From assembly GCA_037441225.1 (NCBI GenBank), contig JBBISU010000021.1, positions 1-43,788 on the forward strand: a stretch of DNA of 43,788 nt. Direction: 5' to 3'. Below the pieces are notes generated by a model. It searched no databases. It was not told the DNA's origin and saw only the letters and a program-made list of their open reading frames with translations. The position numbers were made by a program, and so were the translations under genes. Below are positions 9,710 to 19,265 of the stretch, in pieces (the stretch's first letter is position 1; every line of letters begins with the position of its first letter). The DNA is from Acidobacteriota bacterium (GTDB taxonomy: Bacteria > Acidobacteriota > Thermoanaerobaculia > UBA2201).

Positions 9710-10246
9710 ATGCATTTTATAAAAAAATTTTTAATTTTTTTTATTATTTCTACAAAATCTTTTTTACTTTTTGGATCTGATTTTCAAGAAAAAGAAGGGT
9801 TTTTGCTCCAAAATAAAAAGGCAGGCAAATTGTTGATTGGGATGTCTATTGATGAATTATATAAAAATTATCCAAAAAATTTAACAAAGATTGTAGATCT
9901 TTTCAAGGAAGGTTTTTTTTCACCTGCAATAGAAATTTATCTAAATGAAAAGGATGGAAAGCCATCTATGATAGCAGAAATTGGATTTTTTGATGGTTTT
10001 AAAGTAGAAGGAATATCAGTTTATGATAAGAGATTTAAGAGAGAAAGAGGGATTGGGGTTGGTTCAAATTTAAAGGATCTTAAAAAGCTTTATAAAGTTG
10101 AGAGATTTTGGTTTGAAGAAAACAATTTTTTTGTTACTGTTAAAGAACTTGAAATGTCTTTTGTTTTCAAAATGGAAAAAATTCCTGATGAATTTTTTGA
10201 TAAAAAGTATATAAATTTATTTCCTAATTTTTTGGAAATAATTTAA
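9710..10246 (+). CDS. Hypothetical exported protein
   Basis: AGGAGG SD; signal-like N-terminus; internal IGMS...L and GIGVGS...LKKLY half-repeats. Confidence 0.7.
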   Translation: MHFIKKFLIFFIISTKSFLLFGSDFQEKEGFLLQNKKAGKLLIGMSIDELYKNYPKNLTKIVDLFKEGFFSPAIEIYLNEKDGKPSMIAEIGFFDGFKVEGISVYDKRFKRERGIGVGSNLKDLKKLYKVERFWFEENNFFVTVKELEMSFVFKMEKIPDEFFDKKYINLFPNFLEII

Positions 10247-10308
10247 GATTTTAATATATTAGAAAATAATTAAAATAAGTTGTATAATATAATTTTATAG
10301 GAGGAAAA

Positions 10309-13011
10309 ATGAAGGATTTTTTATTTGTTCTTTTTATTCCAGTTTTTGCTTTATCTATTAGCTTGCCAAAGCTTAGGATTGAAACATATACTCTGCCAAA
10401 TGGCTTAAAAGTCATTTTGTATGAAGATCACACTGTTCCAATTGTCACAGTAAATGTAAATTATCAGGTTGGTTCAAAAAATGAGGAAGTTGGAAAAACA
10501 GGTTATGCCCATTTGTTTGAGCATATTATGTTTCAGGGCTCAAAGCATTTTAACGATGATTTTTTTAAGGCATTGCAGGATATAGGTGGAGAAGTAAATG
10601 GAGCAACAAACCAGGACAGGACAAGGTATTATGAAAATGTCCCTTCTTCTTTCCTGGAAAGGGCTTTATGGCTTGAAGCAGATAGGATGGGTTTTCTTTT
10701 GCCTGCCTTGACAGAAGAACGCCTAAAAAATCAAATTGATGTTGTAAGGAATGAAAGAAGGCAAAATTATGACGATGCACCTTATGGTCTTGTCTATGAG
10801 GAAATTTTAAAGATGCTTTACCCCCAAGACCATCCTTATTCCTGGCCTACAATTGGCTACCATAAAGATCTGGAAAAGGCAAAACTTGAAGATATGGTTG
10901 AATTTTTCAAAAAATATTATAATCCTTCAAATAGTTCTTTATGTATTGGAGGTGACTTTAATAAGGAAGAAGCATTAAAATTGGCAGAAAAGTATTTTGG
11001 TTCAATACCAGCAGGTAGACCTTTAAGTTTTATTAAGAAGTGGATGCCAGAGTTTACTTCTGTTAAGAGGAAAATATTAAAAGATAAGGTACAACTGCCA
11101 AGGATTTATATTGTCTTTCCAACAGTTCCAATTTATGATGAATATGATGCAGAAATGGATATATTTGCAAAAATTTTTGGTGAAGGAATTTCTTCCCCTC
11201 TTTATCAAAGGATTGTAAAAGAAAAAGGATTGGGGACAGAAGTTTATGCTTACCACAATTCTGGTGAACTTTCTGGTTATTTTCAAATAGTAGTTACATT
11301 AAAAGAAAAGGAAAAAATTGAAGAAGCAGAAAAGGAAGTTTTAAAGACCTTAAAGGATGTTCTTCAAAAGCCCCTTGATAAGGACTTGTTTTTAGCAGCA
11401 CAAAAAATGTATGCAAAAGAGTTTATTGATTCAATGAAGAGGATTGGGGGATTTGGTGGGATTTGTGATCGCTTAAATGCATATTATCACTATTTAGGAG
11501 AGCCAGATAAGTTTCAATGGGACTTAGATAGATATTTAAATGCAACACCTGAAAGCACCCAAAAGGCAGCAAAAAAATTATTGGAAAAGCCCTATGGAAT
11601 TTTAATAGTTGAACCAATGGGTGAATTAAAAACAATGGAAGAAAAAGTTGAGAGGACAAAGATGCCAGAAGGGAAAAAAGAAATTGAATTTTCTTTTAAA
11701 GATTTAGAAAATTTTAAACTTTCAAATGGTATAAATGTTTATTATTATAATTATGATAAGATACCTGAAAGTATTTTATTTTTAAGTTTTTCTGCTGGCT
11801 CTGTTTATGATGATGGTTTTGATGGAATTTCAAATCTTTTATCCCAGATGCTTTTAAGAGGAAGCAAAGAAAGAAGTGGTGAGGAAATTGAAAAAGAGTT
11901 AAAAAAATTGGGAGCAGAAGTAGATTCTTATTCAACTTCTGATAATTTAAATATAAAACTTTCAATTTTACAAGAAAATTTTGATGAAGGGTTGAAAATC
12001 TTAAAAGAAATAATTGAAAGCCCTTCTTTTAAAATTGAAGAATTGGAAAATTTAAAAAATGAAGTAGTTGCAAAGATAGTAAGGCAAAAAGATTCCCTCC
12101 CTGCAATTGCAACCTTTGGAATTTTAAAAAATCTTTATAAAGAGCACCCTTATAACCACCATTATCTTGGGGAAACTGAAAAAATTAAAAACTTAAAGAT
12201 AGAAGATATTAAAAAATTTTATGAAAGTTTTATAAATCCTGCCTTATTAAATTTAATTTATATTGGACCTTTGAAAAAAGATGGGTTGAAAGCTAAATTA
12301 GAAATCTTTGAAAAATGGAGGAAAGGATTACCTACATTTAAATTGACCCCCAAGCCAGAAAATTTAAAGGAAATGGAAACCATTTTTGTTAATAAACCAA
12401 AATCAGCACAGAGCTATATAACACTGTCTTTCCTTTCTCCTTCTCCACAGGATCCTGATTATCCTGCTTTCCAAATTGGGAACCATTTATTAGGTGGTTA
12501 TTTTTTAAGTCGCCTAAATATGAAATTAAGGGAAGAAAAGGGTTTTACTTATGGAGCAAGGAGTTCCATTTTACCCTTAAAATTTGGAGGATACTGGAAT
12601 TTTAGGGTTCCTGTTGATTCAAAATTTACAAAGGATTCTTTAATAGAAATTTTTAATGAGATTAAAGCAATTTATAGCGAAAAACCTATAAAAGAAGAAG
12701 AATTTGAAAAGGCAAAAAATAATTTAATAATGGGAATCCCTGCACGCTTTGAAAGCCCAGATAATTTACTTACAATTATAGAGACAATTGCAAATTTTGG
12801 TCTTCCGCTTGATTATTTAAACAAATATCCAGAAAAATTAAAAGATGTAAAGGTTGAAGAGGTTCAAAAAGTTATAGATAAATATTTTAAGGAAGGAAAA
12901 TTTCTACTTTTAATTGTAGGGGATAAGGAAAAGGTATTTGAAGAATTGAAAGAATTTAATTTTCAAAAAATAAAGTTTTGTGATTCCTTTGGAAATCCTG
13001 TTAAAGATTGA
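10309..13011 (+). CDS. M16B zinc metallopeptidase (pitrilysin/PqqL-like, fused two-module), exported
   Basis: Signal peptide; LPNGL; inverted zinc motif HLFEH; second inactive module with SRLNMKLREEKGFTYG; AGGAGG SD. Confidence 0.93.
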   Translation: MKDFLFVLFIPVFALSISLPKLRIETYTLPNGLKVILYEDHTVPIVTVNVNYQVGSKNEEVGKTGYAHLFEHIMFQGSKHFNDDFFKALQDIGGEVNGATNQDRTRYYENVPSSFLERALWLEADRMGFLLPALTEERLKNQIDVVRNERRQNYDDAPYGLVYEEILKMLYPQDHPYSWPTIGYHKDLEKAKLEDMVEFFKKYYNPSNSSLCIGGDFNKEEALKLAEKYFGSIPAGRPLSFIKKWMPEFTSVKRKILKDKVQLPRIYIVFPTVPIYDEYDAEMDIFAKIFGEGISSPLYQRIVKEKGLGTEVYAYHNSGELSGYFQIVVTLKEKEKIEEAEKEVLKTLKDVLQKPLDKDLFLAAQKMYAKEFIDSMKRIGGFGGICDRLNAYYHYLGEPDKFQWDLDRYLNATPESTQKAAKKLLEKPYGILIVEPMGELKTMEEKVERTKMPEGKKEIEFSFKDLENFKLSNGINVYYYNYDKIPESILFLSFSAGSVYDDGFDGISNLLSQMLLRGSKERSGEEIEKELKKLGAEVDSYSTSDNLNIKLSILQENFDEGLKILKEIIESPSFKIEELENLKNEVVAKIVRQKDSLPAIATFGILKNLYKEHPYNHHYLGETEKIKNLKIEDIKKFYESFINPALLNLIYIGPLKKDGLKAKLEIFEKWRKGLPTFKLTPKPENLKEMETIFVNKPKSAQSYITLSFLSPSPQDPDYPAFQIGNHLLGGYFLSRLNMKLREEKGFTYGARSSILPLKFGGYWNFRVPVDSKFTKDSLIEIFNEIKAIYSEKPIKEEEFEKAKNNLIMGIPARFESPDNLLTIIETIANFGLPLDYLNKYPEKLKDVKVEEVQKVIDKYFKEGKFLLLIVGDKEKVFEELKEFNFQKIKFCDSFGNPVKD

Positions 13012-14014
13012 AAAGCTTTCAAAAGATTCAGGAATTCCTTTTTTTGCTGTTGTAAAACCAAAACCAGTTCCTTTAATTGAAAAATATGAGAATATTATAA
13101 AGAAAATAAATTTAGGTGATTTGAATTATTTAAAAAAAATTGAAGAAAGAAAAAATCCAGAAAAACTCCTGGAAGGATTAAAATCAATCATTATTTTTTT
13201 GTTTCCTTATAATTTCAAAAAAGAAAAAGCATTAAATTTAAAAAAATATAAAATTGCTCAATATTCTTATGGAGGGGACTATCATAGGAAAATTAAAGAA
13301 AAACTAAAAATAATTGCAAAAGAGTTAGGGGGAAAAAGCAAAATAGTTTGTGATACAAGCCCTTTCTTAGAAAAGCCCTTTGGCTTTAAAGGAGGGCTTG
13401 GTTTTATGGGAAAAAATACCCTTTTGATAAATAAAATTTATGGCAGTGCTTTTAACTTAGGTTTTATTTTGACAGATGTGAAAATTGCTGAAAAAATATT
13501 AAAATTTAATGGTAGTTGTGGAAGTTGCAAAAGATGTATTGAAGTTTGTCCCACTGGAGCAATTGAGAAGCCCTACTTTTTAAATCCTTTAAAATGCATT
13601 TCTTACCTTACAATGGAGGCAAAAAAAGGACCTGATGAGCCAAAAGAAAGGTGGGGATATATTTATGGTTGTGATCTATGTCAAGCAGTTTGTCCTTATA
13701 ATGAAGATTTAAGGGAAATTAAAAAAGATGAAAATTTTTCTCTTGAAAGGATTTCAAAGGAAAGGTTGGAAGAAAATAAAAAAATTGTTGAAAGAGAAAA
13801 AATTGATTTTTATATAAAAAAAGAAGAAAATTTTTTTCCATTAAATCCTTCTGTAAAGTTAAATTTAAAGAAAATTTTAAATAAAGGAAGATATTTTTTT
13901 AATGGTGAAGATTTTGAAAATCTGGAAAAAGATTTAAACTTAAAATTGAAAAATATTTTCTTTGCTTTAAATATAGTTGAAAAGGACAAAGCTTTTGAAA
14001 TTGTGTTAAAATAA
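12980..14014 (+). CDS. queG: Epoxyqueuosine reductase QueG
   Basis: IAQYSYGGDYH, DTSPFLEK, GFMGKN, CGSCKRCIEVCPTGA, CISYLT, GCDLCQAVCPYN (two 4Fe-4S). Confidence 0.88.
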   Translation: MIPLEILLKIEKLSKDSGIPFFAVVKPKPVPLIEKYENIIKKINLGDLNYLKKIEERKNPEKLLEGLKSIIIFLFPYNFKKEKALNLKKYKIAQYSYGGDYHRKIKEKLKIIAKELGGKSKIVCDTSPFLEKPFGFKGGLGFMGKNTLLINKIYGSAFNLGFILTDVKIAEKILKFNGSCGSCKRCIEVCPTGAIEKPYFLNPLKCISYLTMEAKKGPDEPKERWGYIYGCDLCQAVCPYNEDLREIKKDENFSLERISKERLEENKKIVEREKIDFYIKKEENFFPLNPSVKLNLKKILNKGRYFFNGEDFENLEKDLNLKLKNIFFALNIVEKDKAFEIVLK

Positions 14015-14030
14015 GTTCTTAGGAGGTCTT

Positions 14031-14648
14031 ATGAATATAATAATAATTATTTTTGCTGTAATTATAGTTTTTTTTGTTATTTTTACTTTAATAAAGTCCT
14101 TCAAGGCAAAGGGAAGGGTGGAAAGAGAATTTAAAGATAAAGGAATTGATTTTTTAATTTCTTCTATAAAAAGTGGAGATTTTAACATTAAAGAACAGGC
14201 AATTGTAAAATTAGGTGAAATAAAAGACCCAAGGTCAACGGATGCTCTTATTGATTTCATAAATTCCCCAGAAGTTAAAGAAGAAGAAGATGCCTATTTT
14301 CTTTCTTTAGCTTTGAACTCATTGGCAAATATAGGTGATGAAAAGGCAAAGAAATTTTTTGTCTCTTCTTTAAGAGATAATAAATTGGGTTACAGAGCTC
14401 TCATTGCTATGTCATTAGGCGTACTGGCTCAAAAGAAAATTAAAGTTTTTGAAGCAATTGAGCCACTTATTTTGCTTCTCAAAGATTTGGTAGAAGCAAG
14501 GGAAGGCAAAAATCCAGAGTTTTACAAGGACTATTTAGATTGGACTAAAGAAGCACTAAGAAGTATAACTGATCAAAATTTTGGAATTGATGTGGAAAAA
14601 TGGGAAAAGTGGTATAGAGAAAATAAAGAAATTTATTTAGTTCATTAA
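14031..14648 (+). CDS. Membrane-anchored HEAT-repeat protein
   Basis: N-terminal TM; HEAT_2-like AIVKLGEIKDPR and ALNSLANIGD; C-terminal ALRSIT.QNFG.D..KW.KW motif; AGGAGG SD. Confidence 0.8.
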   Translation: MNIIIIIFAVIIVFFVIFTLIKSFKAKGRVEREFKDKGIDFLISSIKSGDFNIKEQAIVKLGEIKDPRSTDALIDFINSPEVKEEEDAYFLSLALNSLANIGDEKAKKFFVSSLRDNKLGYRALIAMSLGVLAQKKIKVFEAIEPLILLLKDLVEAREGKNPEFYKDYLDWTKEALRSITDQNFGIDVEKWEKWYRENKEIYLVH

Positions 14649-14650
14649 AA

Positions 14651-14659
14651 TGTTATAAT
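14651..14659 (+). promoter_or_regulatory. Extended -10 (TGtTATAAT) 6 nt before the OsmC-family ATG; probable leaderless transcript
   Basis: TGT-TATAAT-taaaat-ATG; no SD. Confidence 0.55.
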
Positions 14660-14665
14660 TAAAAT

Positions 14666-15076
14666 ATGAAAGCAAAAGTTATTTGGGTTAATAAAAGACA
14701 GTTTGTTGGCATATCGCCCTCTGGCCATGGGATTGTTATTGATTCCCCAGAAGAATCAAATAATGGTGCTTCACCAATGGAACTTGTTTTAATTGCCTTG
14801 GCTGGCTGTACTGGGATGGATGTTATATCAATACTGGAAAAAATGAAAAAAAAGATTGAAAGTTTTGAGGTGACCTGTGAAGGTGAAAGGGCAGATAAGT
14901 ATCCAAAGGTTTATGAAAAAATTAAAGTTCATTATATTATAAAAGGGCAAGAGATTGATAAGGACTCTGTTGAAAGAGCAATAAATCTTTCAAAGGAAAA
15001 ATATTGTTCTGTTTCTGCAATGTTATCGAATTCAGTAGAGATTGATTTTGATTACGAGATTTTGAATGAATTTTAG
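14666..15076 (+). CDS. OsmC/YhfA-family protein
   Basis: SPMELVLIALAGCTGMDV and SKEKYCSVS (two conserved Cys). Confidence 0.93.
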   Translation: MKAKVIWVNKRQFVGISPSGHGIVIDSPEESNNGASPMELVLIALAGCTGMDVISILEKMKKKIESFEVTCEGERADKYPKVYEKIKVHYIIKGQEIDKDSVERAINLSKEKYCSVSAMLSNSVEIDFDYEILNEF

Positions 15077-15200
15077 TAAAATAAAATTGTGAATTTGTTG
15101 TGGGACTTTAAAATTGTTTCTTTGATATTCAATAACAATAAATTTCTTTGAAAAATTTTTAATTAAAAATTTTACATAATTTAAATTAAAATCGTAAAAA

Positions 15201-15229
15201 TTGAAAGAGAGATTGTTATATGGTAAAAT
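15201..15229 (+). promoter_or_regulatory. Sigma70-type promoter
   Basis: TTGAAA-17 bp-TAAAAT with TG extension; this supports the later ATG 15255 (GGGGG SD) rather than TTG 15201 as the start. Confidence 0.6.
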
Positions 15230-15254
15230 TAAAAAAAATGATTTTGGGGGAAAT

Positions 15255-16178
15255 ATGAAATTTATTAAATTTTTTTTGGTTTTAATTATTTTTTCAAATT
15301 TTGGATTCTCTCAGGCACTTTCGAGGGTATGGGGTTATGTTTTAGATTCTTCTGGAAAACCAATTGAGGGTGTGCAGGTTATTGTAACTTGCCCTGAAAT
15401 TGGGGATTACAAAAAAGAAACTACTACAAATAAGAAGGGTATATATGAAATTTCTGTAACTGATGGTACAAAGGTTTATACATTTTTATTGAAAAAAGAT
15501 GGTTATCTTGAATTTAAGGAAAATGTAAAACCAAAAATTATGACTTCAATTCAAAAAGATTTTACATTAAAAACAAAGGAAGAGATTGAAAAGGAGTTAT
15601 ATAAGAAAGAATTAGAAGAAAACCCTCACATTGCAGAATTTGAAGAAGGAAGGAAATTTTTGGAAAAAAAGGATTACGAAAAAGCAAGGTTGCATATGGA
15701 AAAGGCATTATCAATAAAACCAGATTATTATAAGGCTATGGTTATTTTAGCAGCAATTGATGAGCAAGAAGGGAAATTGGATAAGGCAATTGAAAAGGCA
15801 GAGAAAGCCCTTGTATCAAATGAAGATGCTCCAATGGCTTTAAAAGTTTTAATTTCTGCTTATACAAAAAAGGGGAATAAAGAAAAAGTAGCAGAGTATC
15901 AAAGGAAACTTACAGAATTGGAACCAGAGTCCCCAGAAGCATTATTCAATAAAGCAGCTGAATTATTAAATGCAAAAAATGATAAAGATGCAAAGCCCCT
16001 TCTTGAAAAAATAATTTCCTTAAAACCAGATTTTGCAAGTGCTTACTATGAACTTGGTTTTATTTACATAAGGGAAGGGAATATGGAAAAAGCAAAGGAA
16101 ACCTTAAATGAGTTTTTAAAATTAGAACCACAGGGCTCAAGGGCAGATATTGTTAAAGAGACATTAAAGTGGCTATAA
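15255..16178 (+). CDS. Exported carboxypeptidase-regulatory-like domain + TPR protein
   Basis: Signal peptide MKFIKFFLVL...; G.V.DSSGKPIEGVQV beta-sandwich motif; TPRs (ASAYYELG, FLKLEP). Confidence 0.85.
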   Translation: MKFIKFFLVLIIFSNFGFSQALSRVWGYVLDSSGKPIEGVQVIVTCPEIGDYKKETTTNKKGIYEISVTDGTKVYTFLLKKDGYLEFKENVKPKIMTSIQKDFTLKTKEEIEKELYKKELEENPHIAEFEEGRKFLEKKDYEKARLHMEKALSIKPDYYKAMVILAAIDEQEGKLDKAIEKAEKALVSNEDAPMALKVLISAYTKKGNKEKVAEYQRKLTELEPESPEALFNKAAELLNAKNDKDAKPLLEKIISLKPDFASAYYELGFIYIREGNMEKAKETLNEFLKLEPQGSRADIVKETLKWL

Positions 16179-17428
16179 ACTTTTTTAAAAGAAAGGAAAA
16201 AGTATTAAAAAGTTTAAGGGAAGGTGTTTTATTTTTATTTGGAAGACCTTCTTTTTTAAGTATTGGTGGAAGTGAAAAATTTTATCAGGAAAGGAAATTT
16301 TATTATCTAACTGGCTTTAATGAACCAGATAGTGCCTTAATTGTAAAAGCAAACTCAAAAAATCCCTACATATTTTTTTGCCTTCCAAAAAACGAAGAAG
16401 AAGAAAAGTGGACAGGGAAAAGGTTAGGAATCCAGGGGGCTTTAGAGGTTCTGCCTGTAGATGAAGCATATCCAATTTACCAATGGCAGGAAAAATTGTA
16501 TGAAAGTTTAATTGGTGAAAAAACATTTTATTACCAGTGGGGTTTATTTCCTGATCTGGATTTTAAGGTTTTGCAGGTTTTACAAAAATTAAAAAAAGAA
16601 CAAAGAGCAGATAAAATTCCAAAAAAAATAATTGATTCTGGTGAAGTTATAAATCCTTTAAGGTTAATTAAAGAAAAAGAAGAAATTGAGAAGATTAAAA
16701 AGGCAATTGAGATAACCAAGATTGCTTATGAAAATGTCTTTGAATATTCTAAGGGTGCAAAATTTGAATATGAAATTGAAGCACTTTTAAAGTATCATTA
16801 TATAAAGAATGGAGCAGAAGGGGAGTCCTTTCCATCAATTGTTGCCTCTGGGAAAAATGCAACATATTTGCATTATAATAAAAATAATTCTGAGATAAAA
16901 GAGGATGAATTTTTGCTAATAGATAGTGGTTGTTTATATGATGGATATGCCTCTGATGTGACGAGAACCTTTATTCCAGATGGAAGAGCAAATTTGAAAC
17001 AAAAAGAGATTTATCTTGCAGTTGAGGAAGTACAAAAAGAGATGATAAAAATTTCAAAACCTGGAATTTCTTTGTGTGAATTAAATCAGATTTGTCAAAA
17101 TAAGATTGCATTGAAATTAATAGAGTTGAAGATTTTAAAAAAATCAATAGATGAAGTTTTACAAAAAAATCTGCATAAAATTTATTTCCCCCATCGTTTA
17201 GGTCACTGGCTTGGTTTGGATGTCCATGATGCTGATTCTTATGGTATGGAAGACCATAATATAAAGTTAAAAGAAGGGATGGTTTTAACAATTGAACCAG
17301 GTATATATATTCCAGAAGATGATAAATCAAAATTTAAGGGTATTGGAGTACGGCTTGAAGAAGATATCTTAATAAAAAAAGAGGGTCCGGAAATACTTTC
17401 AAAAGATATTCCTTTTTATTTTCAATAA
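16169..17428 (+). CDS. pepP: Xaa-Pro aminopeptidase P (M24B)
   Basis: FYYLTGFNEP, LHY, IDSG...YASDVTRT, HRLGHWLGLDVHD, TIEPGIY, GVRLEEDI. Confidence 0.93.
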   Translation: MAINFFKRKEKVLKSLREGVLFLFGRPSFLSIGGSEKFYQERKFYYLTGFNEPDSALIVKANSKNPYIFFCLPKNEEEEKWTGKRLGIQGALEVLPVDEAYPIYQWQEKLYESLIGEKTFYYQWGLFPDLDFKVLQVLQKLKKEQRADKIPKKIIDSGEVINPLRLIKEKEEIEKIKKAIEITKIAYENVFEYSKGAKFEYEIEALLKYHYIKNGAEGESFPSIVASGKNATYLHYNKNNSEIKEDEFLLIDSGCLYDGYASDVTRTFIPDGRANLKQKEIYLAVEEVQKEMIKISKPGISLCELNQICQNKIALKLIELKILKKSIDEVLQKNLHKIYFPHRLGHWLGLDVHDADSYGMEDHNIKLKEGMVLTIEPGIYIPEDDKSKFKGIGVRLEEDILIKKEGPEILSKDIPFYFQ

Positions 17429-17646
17429 CTTTTATTTCTAAAATAAAAGTAAAAAAATTTATTTTTTCTGTATTTATTTAAAAATAAACTATATTAAAGC
17501 TTCATTATTTTTAATAATTTGTTATTAAATCAGATTAATTGATTAAATTTTAAAAATTATAGTTTTTAATTTTGATGTTTTAAATATTAAAAGTTGAATG
17601 AGAATAACTATAATAGAAGGAAATTTTATGAAACTATCCTTTTCTA

Positions 17647-17675
17647 TTGATTTTTTGTTAAAAATATTTTAAAAT
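17647..17675 (+). promoter_or_regulatory. Sigma70-type promoter 6 nt before GTG 17682; probable leaderless transcript
   Basis: TTGATT-17 bp-TAAAAT-cttatt-GTG; no SD. Confidence 0.55.
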
Positions 17676-17681
17676 CTTATT

Positions 17682-19265
17682 GTGTCGGAAAAGATTGGAA
17701 AGTATGAGATAGAAGAAAAAATTGGAATTGGGGGCTTTGGAGTTGTTTACAAAGGAAGAGACCCTTATATTAAAAGACCAGTTGCAATAAAAACCTGCCA
17801 AGTGGAAGAAGAAGAAATTAGAAAAAGGTTTTTTAGAGAAGCAGAGTTAGCAGGAAATTTAAGGCATCCAAATATAACGACAATTTATGATTTTGGAATC
17901 CAGGACAATATTCCTTATATTGTTTTGGAATTTTTAACAGGAGAGGATTTAGATAAAAAAATAAAGAGAGGTGAACTTTTCTCATTGGAAGAAAAATTAA
18001 GGATATTGATAGAAGTTTGCAAAGGGCTTCATTATGCCCATGAAAATAATATAATTCACAGGGATATAAAGCCAGCAAATATTAGAATTCAAGAGGATGG
18101 CTCAGTTAAAATTATGGACTTTGGGATTGCAAAATCAACCCACATTGAAAGCCATTTAACACAGACAGGTATGACTTTGGGTACTGCTGCTTACCTTGCA
18201 CCAGAACAGATTAAAGGGGAACCTTTGGATAGAAGAACAGATATTTTCTCTTTTGGCGTTTTAATGTATGAATTTTTTACTTATAAAAAGCCCTTTCAAG
18301 GGGAAATAATAACAAATATTATTTACAATATTTTAAATTTAGACCCACCAAAAATAACATCTCAATTGATTGATTTTCCACCAGAACTTGAAAGAATTGT
18401 TTTTAAATGTCTCGAGAAGGATAGAAATAAAAGGTATTATAATATTCAAAAAGTTCAATATGATTTGGAAGCAATTTATCAAAAATTAACAAAAGATGAA
18501 AAACATACTGGAGAATACTTTGTACGACCTACAACTCCTGTAACAAAAGTAAGAGAAGAAGAAAAAACTGCAAAAACACCTACCTTAGGCATTAAATTAA
18601 AGAAAAAAAGAAATTATTTATATATCTTACCAATATTTTTTGTAATAATTATAATTTCATTTATATTTTTAAACCAAAAACCTGAAAAGAAAAAGGAAGT
18701 AACAAGTATAAAAAAGGTATCAGTTATAAATCCTTTAAAAATAACATTTAAAAGTGAAAACATTCAAATTCCTGATTACATCCCTCCTTTGATTGAAGAA
18801 GAAAAGAAACAAGAAGAAAAGCCAGTTATGTTGAAGACATATCCTGTTTCCTTTTTTGCAAATTTAGGTCCTTGTGATATATATGTCAACAATAAATATA
18901 TTGGAACATTTCCTCCAGAAGTAAGGACAGAGCTGCCTGTCGGGAACTATGAAATTATTTTTAAAACAACCTTTTCCCAAGAAAAAAAGTTTATAACTGT
19001 GGAAGAAAAAGGGCTAAACCGTTTTGGACATCAATTGCCTCAAATGGGAAAGCTTTCTGTTTTAACAAATATTGGAACTCCTTATGGATCTGTCTATGTG
19101 GATGGAAAATATGTGGGAGATACACCACAACCATCAATAATTTTGCCCGTTGGAATCCACAAGGTTGAAGTCAAAAGGCCTGGCTATATTACAAAGGAGA
19201 GAGAAATAGAAATAAAAGAAGGAGAAAAAGCCTCATGGACAATAACTCTTATTCCAGAAAATTAA
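17682..19265 (+). CDS. Hanks-type Ser/Thr kinase with TM and C-terminal PEGA domains
   Basis: GIGGFGVV, VAIK, HRDIKPAN, DFG, YLAPE; TM YILPIFFVIIIISFIFL; PEGA-like VYVDGKYVGDTP...GIHKVEVKRPGY. Confidence 0.93.
   Translation: MSEKIGKYEIEEKIGIGGFGVVYKGRDPYIKRPVAIKTCQVEEEEIRKRFFREAELAGNLRHPNITTIYDFGIQDNIPYIVLEFLTGEDLDKKIKRGELFSLEEKLRILIEVCKGLHYAHENNIIHRDIKPANIRIQEDGSVKIMDFGIAKSTHIESHLTQTGMTLGTAAYLAPEQIKGEPLDRRTDIFSFGVLMYEFFTYKKPFQGEIITNIIYNILNLDPPKITSQLIDFPPELERIVFKCLEKDRNKRYYNIQKVQYDLEAIYQKLTKDEKHTGEYFVRPTTPVTKVREEEKTAKTPTLGIKLKKKRNYLYILPIFFVIIIISFIFLNQKPEKKKEVTSIKKVSVINPLKITFKSENIQIPDYIPPLIEEEKKQEEKPVMLKTYPVSFFANLGPCDIYVNNKYIGTFPPEVRTELPVGNYEIIFKTTFSQEKKFITVEEKGLNRFGHQLPQMGKLSVLTNIGTPYGSVYVDGKYVGDTPQPSIILPVGIHKVEVKRPGYITKEREIEIKEGEKASWTITLIPEN

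Noticed and set aside
10241-10262. Possible +1 T frameshift truncating the 9710 gene (removing a T gives ...IIKILIY*)
   Set aside because: It would add only five residues and cannot be supported without homologues.
17427-17450. Terminator after pepP (ACTTTATTT...AAATAAAAGT)
   Set aside because: Almost purely AT stem with a bulge and no following U-tract; expected by chance at this composition.
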